Below, one piece after another: positions 56,833 to 64,000 of a DNA stretch of 64,000 nt. Where the stretch lies: NCBI GenBank assembly GCA_018700525.1, contig JABITN010000188.1, forward strand, positions 5,261 to 69,260, written 5' to 3'. Below the pieces are notes generated by a model. That model had not been told where the DNA came from. It was given only the letters and a program-made list of their open reading frames with translations, and did not search any database. Each line of letters starts with the position of its first letter. The first letter of the stretch is position 1. Source of the stretch: Opitutales bacterium (GTDB taxonomy: Bacteria; Verrucomicrobiota; Verrucomicrobiia; Opitutales; Opitutaceae). The translations under genes were made by a program, and so were the position numbers.

Positions 56833-58833
56833 TTATTTTCCGTAACGACGCTTGCTGCGATTCGCTTTCCGGTTCTTTCCGAAATCACCAGAACGCAAAG
56901 AGTCGATTTGATCTCTCAAGAGCGCGGCCCGTTCGAATTCCAGTTTTGCAGCGGCTTCATCCATCTCTATAGTCAACTCTTGGATGACCGCCTCGACGTC
57001 ATCATCTTCGCCGATCATGAGCGGCGAATCTTCTGCAGTAGCCTTGCCGTCCTGCAAACTCGCTTGGACCGGTCGTTTGATACTCTGAGGAACGATTCCA
57101 TTAGCGTTATTATACTCGATTTGCCGAGCGCGTCGCGACTCGGTTTTTTCGATTGTTCGCTTTATGGAATTGGTCATGACATTCGCGTAGAAAATCACTC
57201 GCCCCTTTTCGTGTCTGGCCGCTCTCCCAGCCGTCTGTATCAAACTCGTTTCACTTCGAAGAAAACCCTCCTTATCAGCGTCTAGGATGGCAACCAGAGC
57301 CACTTCTGGTAGATCGAGTCCCTCTCGAAGCAAATTAATTCCTACGAGAACGTCGAAGTCTCCAGCCCTTAAACGTCGCAGAATCTCCACCCGCTCAATG
57401 GCGTCGATATCCGAATGCAGATACTCGACCTTGATTTCATGGTCTCGCAAATACGACGTAATATCTTCCGACAAACGTTTGGTTAACGTCGTTACTAAAA
57501 TACGTTCGCCAGACTCAATAGCCTCAGTAACTTCGCTAATCAAATCTTCGACCTGCCCCTTTGTCGGGCGAATTTCGATAATCGGATCAAGCAGGCCGGT
57601 CGGTCGAATAATCTGTTCGGCGATCACCTGGCTTTTCTCCATTTCATATTTGGCCGGCGTGGCAGTAACAAAGAGGGTCTGCCCCGTAACTTCGGTGAAT
57701 TCCCGGAAATTCATTGGCCGGTTATCCAAAGCGGACGGCAAGCGAAAGCCGTGCTCAACCAACGTGGTTTTACGCGAACGATCTCCGGCATACATCGCCC
57801 CAATCTGAGGAATCGATACGTGGCTTTCATCTACGAATAGCAGAAAATCCTTATCGAAGAAATCGATCAAGCAGGAAGGGCGATCGCCAGCTTTTCGTCC
57901 CGACATTTGCATCGAGTAATTCTCGATGCCATTGCAAAAGCCCACCTCTTTCAGCATTTCCAGATCGTAATTCGTCCGCATGCTTATCCGCTGTGCTTCG
58001 AGCAGTTTGCCTTCGCCTTCGAGTTTGGCGACTCGTTCCTTGAGCTCTTCGCGAATGAGCTCGATCGCCAGTTCCGTTTTGCCGCGCGCTCTTACGAATT
58101 GGTTAGCCGGATACAGATTGAACTGATCCAGCTTTCTGATGACCGAACCCGTCATAGGATCGAATTCGGAAAGCTGTTCGATTTCATCGCCCCAGAATTC
58201 GATTCGAAGTCCCTTTTCCAAATACGCAGGCATCACATCTACGACGTCGCCGCGTACGCGAAAACGCCCTCGCTCCAAATTGACGTCATTCCGTTCGTAT
58301 TGAGTTTCGATGAGCCGATTGAGTAAAACATCTCGTCCAAGCTCTTCGCCTTGACATAAAGGAATCATCAATTCCTCGAAATCCTCCGGCGAACCCAATC
58401 CATAGATACAAGAGACACTTGCCACCACGATAACGTCTCGGCGACTGATGAGGCTACTTGTAGCCGAAATTCGAAGCCGTTCGATTTCATCGTTTATCGA
58501 AGAGTCTTTTTCTATAAACGTATCGGTCGATGGTACGTACGCTTCGGGCTGATAATAATCGTAGTAACTCACGAAATATTCCACGGCGTTATTCGGAAAG
58601 AAATTCTTGAATTCCGAATACAACTGAGCCGCTAAAGTCTTGTTGTGCGAAATCACAAGTGTCGGTCGTTCGCACCGAGCGATGATATTCGCCATGCTAA
58701 ACGTTTTACCCGAACCCGTAACGCCCAATAGCGTTTGATAACGATTGCCTTCGTTAATCGAAGCAATCAACTGGCCAATCGCCTCGGGTTGATCGCCCAT
58801 TGGCTTATAATCTGCCTTCAGGTCGAAGAGCAT
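56833..58833 (-). CDS. uvrB: excinuclease ABC subunit B
   Basis: It carries GVTGSGKTFSMAN and the helicase motifs. The C-terminal UVR domain reads AAKLEFERAALLRDQI. Confidence 0.97.
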   Translation of the reverse strand: MLFDLKADYKPMGDQPEAIGQLIASINEGNRYQTLLGVTGSGKTFSMANIIARCERPTLVISHNKTLAAQLYSEFKNFFPNNAVEYFVSYYDYYQPEAYVPSTDTFIEKDSSINDEIERLRISATSSLISRRDVIVVASVSCIYGLGSPEDFEELMIPLCQGEELGRDVLLNRLIETQYERNDVNLERGRFRVRGDVVDVMPAYLEKGLRIEFWGDEIEQLSEFDPMTGSVIRKLDQFNLYPANQFVRARGKTELAIELIREELKERVAKLEGEGKLLEAQRISMRTNYDLEMLKEVGFCNGIENYSMQMSGRKAGDRPSCLIDFFDKDFLLFVDESHVSIPQIGAMYAGDRSRKTTLVEHGFRLPSALDNRPMNFREFTEVTGQTLFVTATPAKYEMEKSQVIAEQIIRPTGLLDPIIEIRPTKGQVEDLISEVTEAIESGERILVTTLTKRLSEDITSYLRDHEIKVEYLHSDIDAIERVEILRRLRAGDFDVLVGINLLREGLDLPEVALVAILDADKEGFLRSETSLIQTAGRAARHEKGRVIFYANVMTNSIKRTIEKTESRRARQIEYNNANGIVPQSIKRPVQASLQDGKATAEDSPLMIGEDDDVEAVIQELTIEMDEAAAKLEFERAALLRDQIDSLRSGDFGKNRKANRSKRRYGK

Positions 58834-58847
58834 ATTCCCTCCTCTAT

Positions 58848-60182
58848 CTAGTTTGCCAAGTCTTCTTCAACCGGACGGTTGAATACCTCTTCATCAAGCT
58901 GCTCTTCGGACTTGGCGACGATACACGTTATCGCCGCATCCCCAGTCACATTTACAGCAGTGCGAACCATATCCAACAAACGATCGATCCCGATGATAAG
59001 ACCAATCTTGTCTGGCGGCAATCCGACCAAGCCCAGCACCATGGTCAACATCACTAAACCCGCGCTCGGCACGCCGGCAGTTCCCACTGAAGCCATTGTC
59101 GCGGCTAGGATTACGGTGAGATACTGAGTAATGGAAAGATCGATACCTGACATCTGGGCGATAAACACCGTCGCAACCCCTTGCATAATGGCGGTTCCAT
59201 CCATGTTAATCGTCGCTCCCAAAGGAACTGTAAACGAACCGATTTTATTGCTAACGCCCAAACGTTCTTCCGTTGCTCTCAGCGTGATCGGAATCGTTGC
59301 GTTGCTGCTTGCCGTACTGAATGCAAACATCTGGACGTTTCGAAGTTTTTTGAAAAACACGAATGGGCTCACTCCGGTAAACACTTTCAGCATAGTCGGA
59401 TAAACGACAAATGCATGAATAAGAAGGACCACGACCACTAAAGCGAAATACTTGCCCAAAGCGAAAATCGTTTCGAAGCCTTCGGTCGCGAATACTTGAG
59501 CAATTTTCGCAAACACGCCAAAAGGAGCCATCAGCATCACGAGAATAACCAATTTCATGATCACCTCGTTCATATCCTTGAAAAAGCTCAAAACGCGCTC
59601 TCCATGCTTTCCAGAAACCACAAGCGCTACCCCGAAAGCCAACGCTGCCGTAATGATCTGCAACATATTACCTTCGATGAATGCCGACCCGATATTGACG
59701 GGAAAGATATCAATGAAAACGTTGAGCAAACTTTTGGTCTCGCCTGGTTCGAAATCGTTAAGCGCAATCGTCGCCACCCCCTCGCCAGGACGAATCAAAA
59801 GCGAAAAGACAATTGCTATCGTAATCGCTATAGCGGTCGTGCCTAAGTAGAGCGCCAGCGTCTTCAGTCCGACCGTACCCAGCTTTCGGACATCGTCCAT
59901 TGCTGCCGTGCCGCATACGAGCGACACGAAGACCAACGGTACGACAAGCGCCTTCAAACTGCGGATAAACGCCTCGCTCAAAAACTCGAAGAAACCGTTT
60001 ATCACCCAATCCGCTACGAAACTATGCGTCAGTACCGGATGGTTCTTGCTATCCAAAAGTAGCTCGCCCGTTTTGGGATCTACCACGAATTCCACGAATT
60101 GTGAAAGGGTCAGACCTGTAACGGCTCCCACGACCATTGAAATGAGAATATAGCGCGTTAGCCTTATCTTATGTAAATCCAT
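58848..60182 (-). CDS. dicarboxylate/amino acid:cation symporter (DAACS/GltP family)
   Basis: 444 aa and polytopic. It carries SSNATIPITL, VPLGATINMDGTA and DRLLDMVRTAVNVTGDA. Confidence 0.9.
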   Translation of the reverse strand: MDLHKIRLTRYILISMVVGAVTGLTLSQFVEFVVDPKTGELLLDSKNHPVLTHSFVADWVINGFFEFLSEAFIRSLKALVVPLVFVSLVCGTAAMDDVRKLGTVGLKTLALYLGTTAIAITIAIVFSLLIRPGEGVATIALNDFEPGETKSLLNVFIDIFPVNIGSAFIEGNMLQIITAALAFGVALVVSGKHGERVLSFFKDMNEVIMKLVILVMLMAPFGVFAKIAQVFATEGFETIFALGKYFALVVVVLLIHAFVVYPTMLKVFTGVSPFVFFKKLRNVQMFAFSTASSNATIPITLRATEERLGVSNKIGSFTVPLGATINMDGTAIMQGVATVFIAQMSGIDLSITQYLTVILAATMASVGTAGVPSAGLVMLTMVLGLVGLPPDKIGLIIGIDRLLDMVRTAVNVTGDAAITCIVAKSEEQLDEEVFNRPVEEDLAN

Positions 60183-60506
60183 ATTTTTGCGGGACTTGCG
60201 AGGTTATAGAAAGAGACAAGTCCATCCCAACTGCACCGCAATCCAAGACATCCGGCAACGTCAAAATATGTCTAAGAGCCCGTTAAACAAACCGAAGCCT
60301 GCTGACCTCGCGACTGCGAGAACCCCGAAACTGCCAATGCATTACCTTCGCGGTCCCCGCAAACAACGCCCTTACCTTGAAAAACTTAGGTAACGGACTT
60401 GAAAAACGGGCTCTAATCAAACCAACCTGAAACCGTGCACCCTTCCCAACGCTCTGCCCTAAATACCCTTGCCGTTGCAGCCGCTGATTCTCACGGCGAT
60501 AAATCC

Positions 60507-61907
60507 CTAGACTCCTAGGATCTTTAGGGCGGCATTGCGTATCCCTGCCCAAAATCGAGTTGGTCCCGTACCCTGGCCCTTCGAAATCTCCTGGCAAAAA
60601 AACGTTCCTTTACCACAGAACAGGTCATCGAAAAGCGGATTGAATCCGCGGAAATATGCCCAAAAGGTTTCTGCCTTAACCGCTCCGAAATCCAAGTCCG
60701 GACTGAATCCAATTGTTGAGTTTTGGTTAGTTCGTCGACCGGCGACTTGATCGGAATCTATACGTTCTATCCGGACGCCGCGTATTCCCGCAACGACTAG
60801 CCGGCAAGGACCGACGAATTCGAAATAGCGAAATTGCAAGGTCATCCAAGCTTGAGCCCTAACGAAGCTCCACCTTCGCCGGATCACCACGGGAGAACCA
60901 TTCGTAGAGACCAGGCCAACCAAGTGGCTTGGACGCAAAATGATCGAACCATTCTCTGGGATGTCGATTATGCTAAGCTCCATATTCGCTTCATGTTGAG
61001 TTGAAGCGGTTATTCGTCCGGAAATCGCAGCACCCTGCGGCGTGAATTCTATTAGCTCCACAAGACCCGCCGCGAGGCAAGTCACTGGTATCTGCCAATT
61101 CAATACAAATCGATTTTTTCGATCCAAGTGTTCGTCCGAAGCCTGCAAGTACGATTCCTTAATCCAAGCTCGCTCCTTGCCTCGCAAAATTAATGCGACT
61201 GAAACGCCGCCATCCAACGTAGAGGGAGCCTCTAGCGCTTCCTTCGAAAACCGAATTGGCTTTGCTCTCTGGAAAATTGGCGCAATTGCATAATAGGCAA
61301 AAGCCTTGAGCAGCAAAGGACCGAGAATTATAGCCGTGAGAGCATATGGCAGGTAAGGCCGTACTGTTTTCCATGACGAATCGAGATATCGTGCGACTTC
61401 CGACGAACTCGACTCCAATTTTCCTATATGCTCTTCCAGGCGTCGGGCTTCTTCGCTAAGGCTCGCTCGCGTAATTCGAAGTTCGGAATTCCGTCCGCGC
61501 AGCGTATCGATTAGCGGCCCTAGTCGGGTAGAATCTACCCTGCCCTCGGCCAATTGCTTGTCGACTGCAGCCTTTTCTTCTGCGGAAGAAAAGAGGTATT
61601 CGATTTTCGAAAGAAATCCCTCCAAGCGTTCGACTAGAGCATTTGCCGTTTCCAACTGCTGAAGCGCCGTATCGAGTTCTCCGGCAACTGTTTGGATTTC
61701 CGAATGGATCCCATCCAGTCGAGAATAAACCGCTCGGGCATTGCCTTGAGCCTCAGTCAATAGGCCAATCCGTTCCCGTTCGACCCGAAGGCTGTCCCCA
61801 ACATATAGGTACATTGCAAAAACGCCGATGGCTAGGCCTACCGCGATTAACGTGACCACCGACTTACTTAGAATCCACTTTCCGAATTTAAGTAAAAACA
61901 GCGTCAT
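60507..61907 (-). CDS. hypothetical membrane protein: TM, ~170-aa coiled coil, TM, then a ~250-aa beta-rich C-terminal domain
   Basis: 466-aa ORF with an ATG start, 20 nt downstream of cysC. No family was recognised with confidence. The C-terminus faintly recalls AIM24/DUF124-like proteins. Confidence 0.6.
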   Translation of the reverse strand: MTLFLLKFGKWILSKSVVTLIAVGLAIGVFAMYLYVGDSLRVERERIGLLTEAQGNARAVYSRLDGIHSEIQTVAGELDTALQQLETANALVERLEGFLSKIEYLFSSAEEKAAVDKQLAEGRVDSTRLGPLIDTLRGRNSELRITRASLSEEARRLEEHIGKLESSSSEVARYLDSSWKTVRPYLPYALTAIILGPLLLKAFAYYAIAPIFQRAKPIRFSKEALEAPSTLDGGVSVALILRGKERAWIKESYLQASDEHLDRKNRFVLNWQIPVTCLAAGLVELIEFTPQGAAISGRITASTQHEANMELSIIDIPENGSIILRPSHLVGLVSTNGSPVVIRRRWSFVRAQAWMTLQFRYFEFVGPCRLVVAGIRGVRIERIDSDQVAGRRTNQNSTIGFSPDLDFGAVKAETFWAYFRGFNPLFDDLFCGKGTFFCQEISKGQGTGPTRFWAGIRNAALKILGV

Positions 61908-61927
61908 AACGGAAGCCTGCTATAAGC

Positions 61928-62524
61928 CTATACGCTTAATTTCGGGAAAACGAAATCGAATAGCTTATCGAGCGATTCCTCGATCGTCATCGCTTCCGTA
62001 TCAATTACCAAATCGGAATCCTCAGGATCCTCGAAGCCAGAATCCTTTCCCGTAAATTGCGGCACTAAACCCTTTTCGGCTTTCGCGTATAAACCCTTCA
62101 CGTCGCGCTTCATGCAGGTTTCGAACGATGCCTTAACATACACTTCGATCAAATCATCCTTGCCGATGATTTCCCGAGCCATTGCTCGTAGCGAAGCATT
62201 TGGAGTAATGAATGAATTAATCGCCACCAATCCTGCGTCGGCGAACAATTTGGAAACCTCGGCTATGCGACGAATATTCTCCAAACGGTCCTCATCCGAA
62301 AACCCTAGCCCGCTATTCAGGCCTGTTCGGATATTGTCACCATCGAGCACGTACACCAGTTTACCCTCAGCATAGAGGCGCTTTTCCAGGGCGGAAGCCA
62401 ATGTGCTTTTACCCGAGCCCGAGAGGCCGCACATCCAAACAACTTTGGAGCGTTGCTGCGTAACAGTTTCGCGATCCGAGCGTTTCAATAGCCTATCGGT
62501 AATTGGATGGAGATTTTCCGTCAT
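61928..62524 (-). CDS. cysC: adenylyl-sulfate (APS) kinase
   Basis: It carries the P-loop CGLSGSGKSTLA, then LDGDNIRTGLN and FITPN, typical of CysC. Confidence 0.93.
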   Translation of the reverse strand: MTENLHPITDRLLKRSDRETVTQQRSKVVWMCGLSGSGKSTLASALEKRLYAEGKLVYVLDGDNIRTGLNSGLGFSDEDRLENIRRIAEVSKLFADAGLVAINSFITPNASLRAMAREIIGKDDLIEVYVKASFETCMKRDVKGLYAKAEKGLVPQFTGKDSGFEDPEDSDLVIDTEAMTIEESLDKLFDFVFPKLSV

Positions 62525-62634
62525 CGTCGTTTATACAAACGTTCGCCCTTCAATTGGCAAGGAAAGTCAGATTGCGTACTCCACGTTTATCGCAATATTG
62601 ACGAAACAGTTCCTTCGCCAATTAGCGTCTATGC

Positions 62635-63402
62635 TCAAGCGTCATCGTCCCGAGCAGCTTTTAGTCCTCGCCGAAGCGATCGTATTCGTTCGCCCACGAC
62701 ATTCTTCATCGCCTCTACCGAATCATCGGGCAAAGTCTCGTAATGCCGTTCCAGAAAATCGAGAGCCTCGCTATTTCTTCCCATCCGGGTTAACATCTCC
62801 CCGTAAATTCGAAATGCATGATAAGGCGGATTCGTTGCTTGAGTCGCTCGAAGAACCCGTTCTGCAGCCTGCTCTAAATTACCTAATTTCAACCAATAAA
62901 TCATAGCCTCCTCAAGATAGATCTCTGGGTTGTCGCTATGGTGAGTCCGACTTTTTTCCAAAAAGGCAAGGGCGCGCCTTGCGTATTGACGAGCGATTTC
63001 TCTGCCTACTTCGGAGCTTGCTAGCTGATTGGTATTGCGGTCGCCAACAACCCATGCAGGCATGTCGTTGGCGATGATCCGCGTCCCGTTCAACCAAAAA
63101 ATCTGTGGTCTGGGATCGATACTCGTCACCAGTCCGATTTTCGCAAATGTGCCCGCAAAATCGCGTTTCTCCCAGTTTCGGTTCTTCGATAGCCAGACTA
63201 GATTTGCGGTTACTGAGCGGTATCCTCCCAAAACGGCCACGGTCAATCCTTGCCCGAACTGCGAATCCAATTGGCGCAAGGATTCTACTTCTGCCCGCTG
63301 TCCTAAGGCTTCGCTGATTGAGCGATCCAAGGGAGACACCATCCAACCGATCGCCAAAGCGATCGCTACGCAAAAGGGAATAATGGAACGGTTAGAGCTC
63401 AC
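62635..63402 (-). CDS. hypothetical membrane-anchored protein with a TPR-like C-terminal half
   Basis: It has an N-terminal TM segment (IIPFCVAIALAIGWMV) and helical-repeat-like sequence. The start is GTG. It overlaps the upstream permease gene by 11 nt. Confidence 0.6.
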   Translation of the reverse strand: MSSNRSIIPFCVAIALAIGWMVSPLDRSISEALGQRAEVESLRQLDSQFGQGLTVAVLGGYRSVTANLVWLSKNRNWEKRDFAGTFAKIGLVTSIDPRPQIFWLNGTRIIANDMPAWVVGDRNTNQLASSEVGREIARQYARRALAFLEKSRTHHSDNPEIYLEEAMIYWLKLGNLEQAAERVLRATQATNPPYHAFRIYGEMLTRMGRNSEALDFLERHYETLPDDSVEAMKNVVGERIRSLRRGLKAARDDDA

Positions 63403-64000
63403 GCCGATTAAAACTAGCCCCAGCTACGGCTAAATAGAAGCTTACGTACAGGAGCGCATAAAGCCCGAGTTTTCCATAAATCGCTCCCGGAAGATTTTCG
63501 CCCAAAGCCAATTGGTCGCCCACATCGAACAAATGAAAATTCGGCAAGGCGAAGCTCGCTACCGCATAAACCCCCTTCAGTAGCCAACTGTCTCCCGCTG
63601 TCCATGCTTCCGTCGCTATGTGTTGAAGCTGACCGACGATCCAGATCAATACGCCCATCACCATCGCGAAAAGCGAAGACGATGCATAAGTGGAAAACAA
63701 AACCACAATGGAGCACAGAATGCCAATGCGCAGCGCTTGAATAGCCGAAAACCCGATAACGGCTACATAGTGCACGCTGCGGCCGCTTTCGAACTGATCC
63801 GGATATTCCGCCATAATACTGGTTTCCCTCCCCCATAGAGCAAAAACCAGGCAGATCGTCACCATCCCCAAAAAGCAAGCGACCGTTGCCCAGGCCCCAA
63901 GGAATTTCCCCAAAACGAACTCGGATCGATAGATTGGTTTAGCTAACAACGTCAGCGCTGTTCGATGTTCGATTTCGCCATAGAAAAGCTGAGCCGTTAC
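63392..64000 (-). CDS. ABC-2 type transporter permease, C-terminal part (5' end outside the window)
   Basis: The frame is open to base 64000. My translation of 63950-64000 gives VTAQLFYGEIEHRTALTL preceding LAKPIYRSEFVLGKFLG, the usual ABC-2 permease N-proximal motif. The reported M at 63949 is an internal TTG. Confidence 0.8.
   Translation of the reverse strand, partial: VTAQLFYGEIEHRTALTLLAKPIYRSEFVLGKFLGAWATVACFLGMVTICLVFALWGRETSIMAEYPDQFESGRSVHYVAVIGFSAIQALRIGILCSIVVLFSTYASSSLFAMVMGVLIWIVGQLQHIATEAWTAGDSWLLKGVYAVASFALPNFHLFDVGDQLALGENLPGAIYGKLGLYALLYVSFYLAVAGASFNRREL

Noticed and set aside
1-64000. Search for tRNA/rRNA genes, CRISPR arrays, IS elements, integrases, and phage or toxin-antitoxin modules
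   Set aside because: I saw no T-loop/acceptor-like tRNA structures in the intergenic regions and no regularly spaced direct repeats. There are no transposase- or integrase-like ORFs and no long terminal inverted repeats. The window appears to be chromosomal backbone plus degradative accessory genes. tRNAscan, Infernal and CRISPR finders should confirm this.

Overview
This is a 64-kb, densely coding chromosomal window with about 52 protein genes. I found no rRNA, tRNA, CRISPR array, transposase or integrase. All family calls come from motif recognition in the supplied translations; no database search was run.

Gene content suggests a Gram-negative marine polysaccharide or sulfated-glycan degrader of the PVC superphylum (Verrucomicrobiota/Planctomycetota-like). 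That placement is an inference from three Cys-type sulfatases, CE15-like and other esterases, a Tat-exported GH109-like oxidoreductase, a discoidin-domain protein, a DUF1552 plus CxxCH DUF1592-family pair, a MoxR/Bat operon, lpxB and lolCD.

Layout:
- 1-4930: a partial MacB-like permease, then an AT-richer, spacer-rich stretch holding two orphan genes, a large nested hairpin and an AICARFT-only purH-like gene.
- 4931-10985: a membrane protein, a GH109-like enzyme, a discoidin protein, a GT-C glycosyltransferase and an ApbE::GT2 fusion.
- 11150-16832: a Sel1 protein, a leaderless sulfatase, a rhomboid, and YfiR plus a CHASE8-like hybrid kinase.
- 17108-30390: iorAB-like Mo-oxidoreductase, the DUF1552/DUF1592 pair, sulfatases, esterases and an ankyrin lipoprotein.
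- 30481-35834: an EEP nuclease-like protein, a hypothetical, an M48 protease, xseB and dxs.
- 36010-43447: a translationally coupled MoxR-DUF58-BatA-BatB-acidic protein-BatD/TPR/SH3 operon.
- 43558-50996: a housekeeping block (TlpA-like, lpxB, a GnnA-like oxidoreductase, lolD, lolC/E, lysS, lipA).
- 50997-56745: a 1.07-kb non-coding leader followed by a DUF3450-long ExbB-ExbD-ExbD-TPR cluster with no TonB.
- 56833-64000: uvrB, a DAACS symporter, an unknown membrane/coiled-coil protein, cysC, a TPR-like protein and a partial ABC-2 permease.

The candidates most worth follow-up are the ApbE::GT2 fusion beside the GT-C enzyme, the variant Bat operon, the TonB-less Exb/Ttp-like cluster, the iorAB-DUF1552-DUF1592 linkage, the cysC-linked unknown protein and the nested hairpin at 2489-2580.
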